DNA of 64,000 nt from Bacteroidia bacterium (GTDB lineage Bacteria; Bacteroidota; Bacteroidia; 2-12-FULL-35-15). The DNA is taken from positions 8,350-72,349 of the forward strand of contig DASWNK010000084.1 in assembly GCA_036399275.1 (NCBI GenBank), read 5' to 3'. The position numbers and the translations under genes are program-made. Below, piece by piece: positions 22,987 through 32,264 of this stretch; position 1 is the stretch's first letter, and the number at the start of each line of letters is the position of its first letter. A model generated the notes under the pieces. It had not been told where the DNA came from and did not search any database. It worked only from the letters and a program-made list of their open reading frames with translations.

Positions 22987-23493
22987 CTAAAATGCAGGTA
23001 TTATTTCCAGATATTGATAACTGTTATTGGTATAATCCATTGAGCAACAGAAGTGATTTATTCCATTGGTAACTACCAGGTACTTTACTTTAAACACCAT
23101 ATTATAGCGTGCGATCTGATCGAATGTATCCTGCGTGATCTTTATTTCGGGCGCCTTGCACTCCACCAACAAAAATGGCGCCCCCTGCTTATCGTAAACC
23201 AGCACATCTGCCCGTTTCTGCAGCTGGTTGTACTTTAATCCAACTTCAACAGCAATGAGCGAAGCCGGGAAGTTCTTTTCAAGCACCAGGTATTGAAGGA
23301 AATTCTGGCGAACCCACTCTTCCGGAGTTAATAAGACGTATTTCTTCCTGAAAACATCGAAGATCCGGATACAGTCCGGCATCTGCTTCATTTTGAACTG
23401 ATAAGGAGGTAAATTAAGCTGTTGCATGCTTTCACGAAGTACGCTAATTCCAGGCTTATTTTTTGAATAATTTTTATAAAAATTTCTTAACAA
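22987..23493 (-). CDS. Standalone HsdR-N-terminal-like (PD-(D/E)xK-type) domain protein
   Basis: 168 aa. The motifs are WVRQNFLQYL, RADVLVYD and LLVECKAP, the D...E-x-K signature of the type I restriction HsdR N-terminal domain family. No helicase, methylase or specificity gene is nearby. Confidence 0.55.
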   Translation of the reverse strand: MLRNFYKNYSKNKPGISVLRESMQQLNLPPYQFKMKQMPDCIRIFDVFRKKYVLLTPEEWVRQNFLQYLVLEKNFPASLIAVEVGLKYNQLQKRADVLVYDKQGAPFLLVECKAPEIKITQDTFDQIARYNMVFKVKYLVVTNGINHFCCSMDYTNNSYQYLEIIPAF

Positions 23494-23556
23494 AGAGCCT
23501 TAGCTCCATGCTTAATTTGTAATTTCGCTGAAAGCAACCGCTGAGAAAGAAAACGA

Positions 23557-24327
23557 ATGAAAAGCAAGAAAGAAATAGTCGAAAATTGGCTTCCACGATA
23601 TACTGGCACTCCTCTCGATCAATTTGGCAAATATATTTTACTGACCAACTTCAACAAATATGTAAAAAAGTTTGCTGAATGGAATAACGTGGAAGTAAAT
23701 GGCCTTGATATGCCAATGCCAAACGCTACGGCAAACGGAATTACCATCATTAACTTTGGAATGGGAAGCGCCAATGCAGCAACCATCATGGATTTGCTGA
23801 GCGCTATTAACCCGGAAGCGGCTCTCTTCCTTGGAAAATGCGGCGGATTAAAAAAGAAAAATCAGTTGGGCGACCTGATTCTTCCCATTGCAGCAATTCG
23901 CGGAGAAGGTACATCGGACGATTATTTTCCTCCTGAAGTACCTGCCTTACCAGCCTTTAGCTTGCAAAAAGCAATCTCTACCACTATTCGTAATCATGGT
24001 AAAGATTACTGGACTGGAACTGTATACACGACTAACAGACGTGTGTGGGAGCATGATGAAGAATTTAAAGAGTACCTGCGCTCCATTCGTGTAATGGGCA
24101 TTGATATGGAAACGGCAACTATCTTTTCCACGGGATTCTATAATGAGATCCCTACCGGAGCTTTGTTGCTGGTAAGCGATCAGCCAATGATCTCTACAGG
24201 AATTAAAACGACGGAAAGTGATAAAGTGATCACCCAAAATTTTGTGGATGAGCATTTGAAGATTGGCATCGATTCGCTGAATGAGCTTATCAACAATGGC
24301 TTAACAGTAAAACATTTGAGATTTTAA
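23557..24327 (+). CDS. amn: AMP nucleosidase (short form) / PNP-UDP family 1 nucleosidase
   Basis: 256 aa. The N-terminal YILLTNFNKYV motif and a PNP_UDP_1-like core (INFGMGSANAA, GIDMETA) resemble the catalytic domain of AMP nucleosidase. Confidence 0.6.
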   Translation: MKSKKEIVENWLPRYTGTPLDQFGKYILLTNFNKYVKKFAEWNNVEVNGLDMPMPNATANGITIINFGMGSANAATIMDLLSAINPEAALFLGKCGGLKKKNQLGDLILPIAAIRGEGTSDDYFPPEVPALPAFSLQKAISTTIRNHGKDYWTGTVYTTNRRVWEHDEEFKEYLRSIRVMGIDMETATIFSTGFYNEIPTGALLLVSDQPMISTGIKTTESDKVITQNFVDEHLKIGIDSLNELINNGLTVKHLRF

Positions 24328-24367
24328 ATACAGATTTGTAAATTCTTTTCATTCCTAGATTAGCAGT

Positions 24368-25411
24368 ATGGAGTTCAATGATATAATGTCGGAGTTAAAG
24401 AAGAAGGTGTATCGCCCTGTTTATTTTTTAATGGGCGAAGAACCTTATTTTATTGACATGATTTCCGATTATATTGAGAACAACGTGCTCGATGAATCAG
24501 AAAAAGAATTCAACCAAAGTGTTTTGTACGGCCGGGATATTACTGCTGCTGAAGTGATTGGCGCTGCCAAGCGCTTCCCGATGATGAGCGAGCATCAGGT
24601 AGTTATCATTAAAGAGGCGCAAAATATTAAGGACCTTGTTGGCAAAGAAAAGGAAGGCGAAAAATCAAAAGAAAAAGTAAAACTGCCTTTTGAAGCTTAT
24701 CTGGAAAACCCACAGAAATCAACCATTCTTGTTATCTGCTATAAATACAAAACGGTTGATAAACGCACCAGCATCGCGAAAATAATTGATAAAAATGCTG
24801 TCCTGTTCGATTCAAAAAAGATCTACGATAACAAGGTTCCTGACTGGATCAACAACTATCTGAAAGGGAAAGAATATACTGCTGGTCCTAAAGCGAGCGC
24901 GCTGCTCACGGAATATTTAGGCACTAACCTGAGCAAAGTATCCAATGAGCTCGACAAGCTGATGATCAACCTTCCACCAAAATCAGAAATAACGGTGGAA
25001 CACATTCAGACTAATATCGGCATCAGTAAAGATTATAATGTTTTTGAATTGCAGACTGCGATCGGGTTTAAAGAAGTGCTGAAAGCAAACCGCATCATTA
25101 ACTTCTTTTCAGCAAATGAAAAAGAACACCCGATGGTGATGACTATCACCTCATTGTATGGTTATTTCTGCAAAATGTTAACCTATCAGTTTTTGGCCGA
25201 CAAATCAAAAGCAAGTGTGGCTGCAGCTTTAGGTGTACACCCTTTCTTTGTGGGAGACTATGAGCGCGCTGCTAAAAACTTTCCCATCGGTAAATTAAAA
25301 TCCATTTTTGGTTATTTGCGCGAATACGACCTGAAATCAAAAGGAGTTGACCGCGGTTCGGCCACCGAAGGAGAATTACTGAAAGAACTGGTATTTAAAA
25401 TAATGCATTAG
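24368..25411 (+). CDS. holA: DNA polymerase III subunit delta
   Basis: 347 aa. The N-terminal PVYFLMGEEPYFID motif, overall size and helical C-terminal half are typical of HolA. Confidence 0.7.
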   Translation: MEFNDIMSELKKKVYRPVYFLMGEEPYFIDMISDYIENNVLDESEKEFNQSVLYGRDITAAEVIGAAKRFPMMSEHQVVIIKEAQNIKDLVGKEKEGEKSKEKVKLPFEAYLENPQKSTILVICYKYKTVDKRTSIAKIIDKNAVLFDSKKIYDNKVPDWINNYLKGKEYTAGPKASALLTEYLGTNLSKVSNELDKLMINLPPKSEITVEHIQTNIGISKDYNVFELQTAIGFKEVLKANRIINFFSANEKEHPMVMTITSLYGYFCKMLTYQFLADKSKASVAAALGVHPFFVGDYERAAKNFPIGKLKSIFGYLREYDLKSKGVDRGSATEGELLKELVFKIMH

Positions 25412-25449
25412 AGTGAGAGAGAACAATTTAATAAGGTTGGAGTATAAAA

Positions 25450-26058
25450 ATGAAAAAGGGAATCTATTGTTTAGAAGGATTGTGGGACGATAATGTAAAA
25501 AATAAATCAACGGTGCTTCCTATACTGGAGCTCCTGGAAAAGAGAAGCGTTTGTAATTATGTATACCATTCCTGTGCAACAACAGACGAGCTTGAATTCT
25601 TATTGAAAAAGTGGAAACAAAAAAAGATCATCAGTAAATACCCTATCCTGTACTTAGCATTTCACGGGCATAAAGGGCATATCTATATCACGCATAAAAA
25701 TATGTATTCCCTTGCAAAACTTGCCGAAACGCTGGAAGGTTCGGCGGCAGGAAAAGTGATATTTTTTGCTTCCTGCGAAACACTCAACATTGATGAACGT
25801 AAAATTCAGTCCTTTCTTAAAACAACCAATGCCATTGCCGCCATCGGATACAAGCAGGAAGTAGATTGGATGATTTCCACCGCATTCGAATTGCTTGTGC
25901 TGGATGCATTACAACAGGATAAATTTGACCATCGGGGAATTGTAAATATCCAGACCAAGATCAAATCAGAATATGGCAAGTTGCACCATATACTTGATTT
26001 TCGAATGGTAATCAATAAATACATGTATTTCCCGCGCAAGCGAGTAATCACCTGTTAA
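25450..26058 (+). CDS. Hypothetical cytoplasmic protein with caspase/CHAT-like His-Cys dyad motifs
   Basis: 202 aa with no signal peptide. A hydrophobic strand plus LYLAFHGHKG places His72-Gly73. A second strand plus VIFFASCETL places Cys109. The order and context match clan CD peptidases and CHAT domains. Confidence 0.4.
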   Translation: MKKGIYCLEGLWDDNVKNKSTVLPILELLEKRSVCNYVYHSCATTDELEFLLKKWKQKKIISKYPILYLAFHGHKGHIYITHKNMYSLAKLAETLEGSAAGKVIFFASCETLNIDERKIQSFLKTTNAIAAIGYKQEVDWMISTAFELLVLDALQQDKFDHRGIVNIQTKIKSEYGKLHHILDFRMVINKYMYFPRKRVITC

Positions 26059-26118
26059 GACTTTTAATAAAAGAAGGGCAGAATAGCTCCCTGAGAATAA
26101 TTATTATAATTTGCACCT

Positions 26119-26529
26119 ATGAATCATTGGCTTGTTAAATCAGAACCTTTCAAATACAGTTGGGAGCAATTTTTAAAAGATAAAAAAGCGATATGGGATG
26201 GCGTACGTAATTATGCTGCACGCAACAACATGCGTGCAATGAAAAAAGGAGATCTTGTCTTTTTTTATCATAGTAACGAAGGCCTTCAGATTGTCGGCAT
26301 AGCCAAGGTTGTTAAAGAGGCCTATCAGGACCCAACCACAGATGACCCCGCCTGGAGCGTGGTAGAAATCGCACCATTTAAAACATTAAAACGCCCTGTT
26401 ACCCTGGCAGAAATCAAAGCGGATAAAAAACTGGAAGGCATTGAGCTTGTACGTTTGAGTCGCTTATCGGTTGCTGCTATTAAGCCGCATGAATTCGACA
26501 GGATCCTCGCTTTATCGGAAACGAAATAA
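26119..26529 (+). CDS. EVE (PUA-like) domain protein
   Basis: 136 aa. The sequence HWLVKSEP..YSW...W.GVRNY.ARN.MR.MK.GD.VFFYHS is the canonical EVE-domain signature. Confidence 0.85.
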   Translation: MNHWLVKSEPFKYSWEQFLKDKKAIWDGVRNYAARNNMRAMKKGDLVFFYHSNEGLQIVGIAKVVKEAYQDPTTDDPAWSVVEIAPFKTLKRPVTLAEIKADKKLEGIELVRLSRLSVAAIKPHEFDRILALSETK

Positions 26530-26595
26530 TCTGGCATCTTTCAAAGCCTTATTTTTATTATCTTCGTTGCTCTTTTTAAAATCAGCGAATTACCA

Positions 26596-27942
26596 ATGAG
26601 CAAATTAACTAAACTTACTGCGATTTCCCCAATTGACGGGCGCTATCGAAATACTACCGAAAAACTTGCCGACTACTTTTCAGAAGCCGCCCTGATTAAA
26701 TACCGCGTATTGGTTGAGATCGAATATTTTATTGCGCTTTGTGAATTACCGCTGCCACAGCTAAAAGATTTTGATAAAAAGTTATATCCCGCACTCAGAC
26801 ACATTTACACCGGTATTTCTGAAGCCGATGCTCAACAAATCAAAGACATTGAGAAAATCACCAACCACGATGTAAAAGCGGTGGAGTATTTTATCAAAGA
26901 AAAATTTGATGCGCTTAATATCAAGGAACAAAAAGAATTCATTCATTTTGGCTTGACTTCCCAAGACATTAACAACACAGCCATTCCTTACTCTGTAAAA
27001 GATGCAATGAATGAATGCTTGTTACCTGTCCTGAATGAATTGATCAACAAGCTTTCTGATCTGGCAGCAGAATGGAAAGACATTCCTATGCTGGCACGCA
27101 CGCATGGCCAACCGGCTTCTCCTACCCGTTTAGGAAAAGAGATCATGGTGTTTGTTGTTCGTTTACAGAACCAGGCTGCTCAACTATTAGCTGTTCCTTA
27201 CGGAGCGAAGTTCGGCGGCGCAACCGGGAATTTAAATGCCCATCATGTAGCTTATCCTCAAATCGATTGGTTGAGCTTCGCCAATACTTTTGTGAATGAT
27301 AATTTAGGATTGGATCGTTCGTATCCTACCACACAAATTGAACATTACGACAATTTCGCAGCTTTCTGTGATGCACTGAAACGCATCAACACCATTTTAA
27401 TAGATCTTGATCGCGATATATGGACCTATGTTTCCATGGATTACTTTAAACAAAAGATAAAAGCAGGCGAAATCGGTTCATCGGCAATGCCTCATAAAGT
27501 GAATCCGATCGATTTCGAAAACTCAGAAGGAAATCTAGGAATTGCCAATGCGCTTTTTGAACACCTTTCGGCGAAATTGCCTATTTCCCGTATGCAACGC
27601 GACTTAACCGATTCTACGGTACTGCGTAATGTAGGTGTTCCGCTGGCGCATAGTCTGATCGCTTACAAATCGCTTTTAAAAGGTCTCGATAAACTGATCC
27701 TCAATAAAGAAGCATTTGAAAGAGACCTGGAAAATAATTGGGCTGTTGTAGCGGAAGCCATTCAAACAGTTCTTCGCCGCGAAGCTTATCCAAAACCTTA
27801 TGAAGCTTTAAAAGAACTCACACGCACCAATACGCACATTACAGAAGAAAGTATTTCTGCATTCATTGATACATTAAACGTGAATGAAGCTATCAAAGCC
27901 GAACTAAAGAAAATTTCCCCAAGCAATTTTACAGGTATCTGA
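26596..27942 (+). CDS. purB: Adenylosuccinate lyase
   Basis: 448 aa. It has SPIDGRY at the N-terminus, the fumarate-lyase signature GSSAMPHKVNP and the TSQDINNTA motif. Confidence 0.93.
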   Translation: MSKLTKLTAISPIDGRYRNTTEKLADYFSEAALIKYRVLVEIEYFIALCELPLPQLKDFDKKLYPALRHIYTGISEADAQQIKDIEKITNHDVKAVEYFIKEKFDALNIKEQKEFIHFGLTSQDINNTAIPYSVKDAMNECLLPVLNELINKLSDLAAEWKDIPMLARTHGQPASPTRLGKEIMVFVVRLQNQAAQLLAVPYGAKFGGATGNLNAHHVAYPQIDWLSFANTFVNDNLGLDRSYPTTQIEHYDNFAAFCDALKRINTILIDLDRDIWTYVSMDYFKQKIKAGEIGSSAMPHKVNPIDFENSEGNLGIANALFEHLSAKLPISRMQRDLTDSTVLRNVGVPLAHSLIAYKSLLKGLDKLILNKEAFERDLENNWAVVAEAIQTVLRREAYPKPYEALKELTRTNTHITEESISAFIDTLNVNEAIKAELKKISPSNFTGI

Positions 27943-27952
27943 TCTTTTAACA

Positions 27953-28822
27953 ATGAAAGTCAGCGGATTCACTATCGTACGCAATGCCATCAAATACGAT
28001 TACCCGATCGTTGAAGCCATAACGTCTATTTTACCGCTGTGTGATGAAATAGTTGTTGCCGTAGGGAAATCTGAGGATGATACGTTACAGCTGATCCGTT
28101 CGATCAATTCTCCAAAAATAAAAATCATTGAAACTATTTGGAACGAAGCATTGCGTGAAGGCGGGAAAGTGCTGGCCGATGAAACCAACAAAGCGTTTGC
28201 TGCTGTGGCGGATGATAGCGACTGGGCTTTTTACATTCAGGGTGATGAAGTAATACACGAAAAATACCTACCCATTATCCGCGAAGCGATGTTGAAATAC
28301 AAAGGCGATAAAAACGTAGAAGGGCTTCTTCTGAATTATACGCACTTTTACGGATCGTATGACTACATAGGCGATTCAAGACGTTGGTACCGAAGAGAAA
28401 TACGCATCATCAAAAATGACAAAAGGACCTCTTCATATCTGGATGCCCAAGGCTTTCGTAAGGATGGAAAAAAATTAAATGTGAAGCTGATCGATGCTTG
28501 CGTCTATCATTATGGATGGGTAAAGCCGCCAGAGGCACAACAGGCCAAACAACAAACCTTCAACAAGCTTTGGCATGACGACGAATGGATGAAAAAAAAT
28601 ATTCCTGCCGTTGATCGGTTTGATTATTCAAATACTGATTCGGTAGATCTGTTTCGCGGAACTCACCCTAAAGTCATGAAGGAAAGGATTCAGCAGATGA
28701 ACTGGGAATTCAGTTTCGATCCAACGCAAAAAAAATTGCCGTTGAAAGTAAGGCTCCTGATGTTCATCGAAAAAAAAACCGGCTGGAAGATCGGCGAGTA
28801 TAGAAATTATAAAATCATTTGA
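27953..28822 (+). CDS. Glycosyltransferase family 2-like protein
   Basis: 289 aa. The N-terminal FTIVRNAIKYDYPIVEAI...CDEIVV and a DxD-like GDE motif are consistent with a GT-A fold. Confidence 0.5.
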   Translation: MKVSGFTIVRNAIKYDYPIVEAITSILPLCDEIVVAVGKSEDDTLQLIRSINSPKIKIIETIWNEALREGGKVLADETNKAFAAVADDSDWAFYIQGDEVIHEKYLPIIREAMLKYKGDKNVEGLLLNYTHFYGSYDYIGDSRRWYRREIRIIKNDKRTSSYLDAQGFRKDGKKLNVKLIDACVYHYGWVKPPEAQQAKQQTFNKLWHDDEWMKKNIPAVDRFDYSNTDSVDLFRGTHPKVMKERIQQMNWEFSFDPTQKKLPLKVRLLMFIEKKTGWKIGEYRNYKII

Positions 28823-28823
28823 T

Positions 28824-30263
28824 ATGATGACCCGACTATTTATATTTATTGCATTTGCCATCTGCATCTCTTCCTGTTCCTCCGGAACGGAAAAGCCTAA
28901 CACAGGTATAACGAATGATACCACACCTGCAAAAGAAAACTTTGAAAAAGGTCAGGTTCTGGAAAAGATCATCAATTTAAGCGATGCTTCCCAAAGTTAT
29001 GCGGTGTATTTACCTTCGACTTATTCTGCTACGAAGTCGTATCCTGTTATTTATATTTTTGATGCTCATGGTGCCGGAAAACTCCCTGTATCCATGTATA
29101 AGAACTTAGCAGAAAAATACAATTATATTCTGATCGGGTCCAACAATTCAAAAAATGGAACGCCTTGGAATGAAACGGTCATCATTGCCAACAGTTTATT
29201 TTCGGATGTTCAACAACGATTATCCATAAATGTCAGCCGCATTTATGCAATGGGCTTTTCGGGTGGCGCGCGAGTTGCAAACGGATTGTGCATTACCAAT
29301 GGGGCTATTTCCGGGGCTATTTGCTGTGGCGCAGCGGCTCCCGCGGCAAACAATAAAGACCCGAGAAGCAATTATACTTTCCTGGGAATATGCGGCAAGA
29401 AGGATTTCAATTACATAGAAATGCGTAAATACGATATGGTTGAGCTTGCAGGCCGGGGTGTAAAACATGCTTTCGTTGAATTTGATGGAAAGCATGAATG
29501 GCCGAAGGAAGAGATCATGAAAGATGCATTCTTATGGACAGAACTAAGCGCTATGAGAAAAGATCCCACACTAAAAAACGAGACATTTATTAAGGAGCAT
29601 TTTGATGTTTACACAAAAAAAATAAAAGAGCTTCAGCAGAATAAAAAAACGATAGAAACCTACAACCTGGTGCGTAAAACCATCAATTTCTTTGATGGCC
29701 TGGCAGATCTGAGTGAATATTATAAGATCTACAATCCCTTGAAAGCAAATCCGGAAGTGGACACAAAACTAAAACAGGAAGAAGCTACCTGGAAAAAGGA
29801 AGAAGAACTGAAACAATATTATCAGGAAGCGTTTAAAACAAAAAGTGTTGAATGGTGGCAACAAGATATCGCTTCCTTAAATAAAAAAATCGCAGCAGGT
29901 AAAAAAGACGATGAAACGTTTATGTATCATCGTTTGCTTGATTATTTAAGCCTGGTAGCATATATGCAGACAACAAATGCAATGAATCAACAGAACCTGC
30001 CGGCCTCAAAGATATTCTCGGCAATCTACCTAGTGATAGACCCTACTAATAATGAAGCGCATTATTTAAGTGCGAGTATTTATGCATTGGAAGGGAATAC
30101 AAAGGAGGCGATCGCAGGTTTAAACAAAGCCGTGGACAATAGATTCACTGATATTTCCCGCGTGCAAAGCGACACAACGTTCAGTAGTTTAAGCACGACC
30201 GAAGAATTTAAAGAAGTACTAAAGAGAATAAATGCAGGCCCATCGGATGCTACGGTGCATTAA
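28824..30263 (+). CDS. Lipoprotein with alpha/beta-hydrolase (esterase) N-domain and helical TPR-like C-domain
   Basis: 479 aa with the lipobox ISSC. The nucleophile elbow GFSGGAR is present. The C-terminal half is helical and Lys/Glu-rich. Confidence 0.5.
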   Translation: MMTRLFIFIAFAICISSCSSGTEKPNTGITNDTTPAKENFEKGQVLEKIINLSDASQSYAVYLPSTYSATKSYPVIYIFDAHGAGKLPVSMYKNLAEKYNYILIGSNNSKNGTPWNETVIIANSLFSDVQQRLSINVSRIYAMGFSGGARVANGLCITNGAISGAICCGAAAPAANNKDPRSNYTFLGICGKKDFNYIEMRKYDMVELAGRGVKHAFVEFDGKHEWPKEEIMKDAFLWTELSAMRKDPTLKNETFIKEHFDVYTKKIKELQQNKKTIETYNLVRKTINFFDGLADLSEYYKIYNPLKANPEVDTKLKQEEATWKKEEELKQYYQEAFKTKSVEWWQQDIASLNKKIAAGKKDDETFMYHRLLDYLSLVAYMQTTNAMNQQNLPASKIFSAIYLVIDPTNNEAHYLSASIYALEGNTKEAIAGLNKAVDNRFTDISRVQSDTTFSSLSTTEEFKEVLKRINAGPSDATVH

Positions 30264-30956
30264 TTACAACATCCCTTCATCGGCAAAGCTATAAAAACCA
30301 TCATCTGTAACGATCAGATGATCCAATAAAGGGATTTCCATGAGCTTTCCTGCCTCTTTAATGCTATTGGTGATGCGTATATCCGCTTCACTTGGCTTTT
30401 TATTCCCCGAAGGATGATTGTGGCAAATAAGGAGGGAACAGCCATAATTCTCAATGGCAACCTTAAATATTATTTTTGTATCGACTACCGTTCCTGTAAC
30501 ACCTCCGCGGGAGATCATTTCCTTTTTTATTACCTGGTTGGCCCGATTAAGGATTAGCACCCAGAACTCTTCATGAGGAAGATCGATCATGACAGGCTTC
30601 ATTATATCATATGCATCCTGACTGGTGATAATCTTATCACGTTTGGCAGGTTCTGCTTCCTTTCTCCTCCTGCCTAATTCCATTGCAGCCATTACGCTAA
30701 TAGCCTTCGCCTCGCCAATACCCTTGAACCGGCTCAGTTCCTTTACATTTAATTTTCCGAGATCATTCAGATTATTGCCGACGCTGGCCAGTATTTTTTT
30801 TGAGAGCTCCACAGCCGTTTCATTCCGGCTTCCCGAACCAATCAATATCGCAATCAGCTCTGCTTCCGTTAACGTATGCCTCCCTTTCGCCAGCAACTTT
30901 TCTCTAGGCCTATCTTCTTCTGCCCATGCTTTTATATTCAATCTGCTCCCTTCCAT
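30264..30956 (-). CDS. radC: RadC-family JAB/MPN domain protein
   Basis: It has an N-terminal PREKL motif, an HhH region (LSRFKGIGEAKA) and the JAMM motif HNHPSG. The ORF is open to 31010, but ATG 30956 fits the usual length. Confidence 0.85.
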   Translation of the reverse strand: MEGSRLNIKAWAEEDRPREKLLAKGRHTLTEAELIAILIGSGSRNETAVELSKKILASVGNNLNDLGKLNVKELSRFKGIGEAKAISVMAAMELGRRRKEAEPAKRDKIITSQDAYDIMKPVMIDLPHEEFWVLILNRANQVIKKEMISRGGVTGTVVDTKIIFKVAIENYGCSLLICHNHPSGNKKPSEADIRITNSIKEAGKLMEIPLLDHLIVTDDGFYSFADEGML

Positions 30957-31012
30957 GTAAATCACGCTTAAATCAAAGATTTTATCGTCATAACTGCCAT
31001 ATAGTGACATAG

Positions 31013-31040
31013 AAAAAAAGGCTCCGCTAATTGCGGAGCC
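31013..31040 (-). terminator. Rho-independent terminator of rpsT
   Basis: ggctccgc (31020-31027) pairs with gcggagcc (31033-31040). The - strand has a T7 run after the hairpin. Confidence 0.7.
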
Positions 31041-31078
31041 TCAATTTCTTTGTATTAACACAAATATCGTTTACTCTA

Positions 31079-31336
31079 TTATTTTTTCAGAGCGTTTACT
31101 TTCTTGGTCAATTTTGATTTCAAGTTAGCTGCCTTATTCTTATGAATAACGTTCTTCTTAGCTAATTTATCAACCATAGCAATTACTTTAGGAAGTTTTT
31201 CAGTTGCTGATTTTTTAATCTCATCATTTCTCAATTCCTTCACTGCATTACGCATTGTTTTCGCCTGGTAACGATTTCTTAATCTTTTAGCATCGTTAGA
31301 ACGGATTCTTTTGATACTTGACTTATGATTTGCCAT
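31079..31336 (-). CDS. rpsT: 30S ribosomal protein S20
   Basis: [24 protein letters not shown] is a typical S20 N-terminus. The protein is 85 aa from ATG 31336, although the ORF track extends to 31369. Confidence 0.9.
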   Translation of the reverse strand: MANHKSSIKRIRSNDAKRLRNRYQAKTMRNAVKELRNDEIKKSATEKLPKVIAMVDKLAKKNVIHKNKAANLKSKLTKKVNALKK

Positions 31337-31398
31337 CTTTTTTTTTATTAAGCTATTGACCCAAATCAATAACTATTCTTACTATTTTACTTCTTTTG

Positions 31399-31470
31399 TA
31401 GCCCGTAGGGGAATCGAACCCCTCTTACCAGGATGAAAACCTGGCGTCCTAACCCCTAGACGAACGGGCC
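31399..31470 (-). tRNA. tRNA-Glu (anticodon UUC)
   Basis: The - strand reads GGCCCGTTCGTCTAGGGGTTAGGACGCCAGGTTTTCATCCTGGTAAGAGGGGTTCGATTCCCCTACGGGCTA. The cloverleaf was folded by hand. The anticodon stem is CCAGG/CCTGG with loop TTTTCAT, and the T-arm is AGGGG-TTCGATT-CCCCT. CCA is not encoded. Confidence 0.9.
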
Positions 31471-31487
31471 CTTTAATTTTGGGAGTG

Positions 31488-31518
31488 CAAATGTATATGA
31501 AAATTCTATTTCTACAAA
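31488..31518 (-). promoter_or_regulatory. Putative sigma-A promoter for tRNA-Glu / rpsT
   Basis: The - strand reads TTTG, a 19-nt spacer, then TACATTTG. The -7 box ends about 17 nt upstream of the tRNA 5' end. Confidence 0.5.
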
Positions 31519-31543
31519 ATTTTTTTACACTTTTACTCAATTA

Positions 31544-32236
31544 TTAATCAATTGCATCATTATCTGCCTGAAAACGAAAGCCTAAGCGTTTTCCCGTTTT
31601 TATTTGCATGCTCTCACTTGCCGACTGCATATCCTGCACGCTGATCTCTTTCATTGTATCAAATGGCGGGGTAAACAGGTCGAAATTCAAGCAATACAGG
31701 ATCGTGGACTCCAATACCGACTTTATAGCTGCGTCATCGATTACAGCGTGTAAAAAGTCGTTGTACAGGAAACCTAACTGCCGCTTCCCTTCCACAAAAT
31801 AATGGTTTTCCTTGTTGATGAAGATCCGGCCGATCGCATAACCCAAATCATTCACCCGGCTGTATTTAAAGGAATCATTCAGGAAATTGTAAATATTGAT
31901 CATCCCGCAAAATGAGCGGGAGGCTTCTTCTTTGATGTAAGAGCTTTTCCAGAGTGGATGGCTCTTATCGAATTCGAAAATATTGGTGTGCATTGCAAAT
32001 ATCAGCAGATCGCCCGCCACACGGATCTCAAACTCAAATTCGCCCTTTTCCTTGTATTCAATAACAACCCGGTTGTCAATTGCCCCAATGGCTTGAGAAA
32101 GCTCCGCTACCGTTTTCCGTGCCGTTGCCTTCATGCTTATGAACGCTTTTACTGTATTCGCATACACATCCTGCTTCATGCTGGACTTTTCTTTCAGCGT
32201 CATTAAAATCAGCTCTCTGGGAGTTTTCTTTTCCAT
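31544..32236 (-). CDS. Hypothetical protein
   Basis: 230-aa ORF with coding-like composition and no recognisable motif. Confidence 0.45.
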   Translation of the reverse strand: MEKKTPRELILMTLKEKSSMKQDVYANTVKAFISMKATARKTVAELSQAIGAIDNRVVIEYKEKGEFEFEIRVAGDLLIFAMHTNIFEFDKSHPLWKSSYIKEEASRSFCGMINIYNFLNDSFKYSRVNDLGYAIGRIFINKENHYFVEGKRQLGFLYNDFLHAVIDDAAIKSVLESTILYCLNFDLFTPPFDTMKEISVQDMQSASESMQIKTGKRLGFRFQADNDAID

Positions 32237-32264
32237 TTGCAGTTATTTACACAATACGAATATA

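Noticed and set aside
22987-26529. A defence island (HsdR-N-like protein, CHAT-like protein, EVE protein)
   Set aside because: The three genes are separated by housekeeping genes (AMP nucleosidase, holA) and sit on different strands or units. No methyltransferase, helicase, nuclease effector or mobile element is present. Only the CHAT-like/EVE adjacency is retained, as a low-certainty observation.
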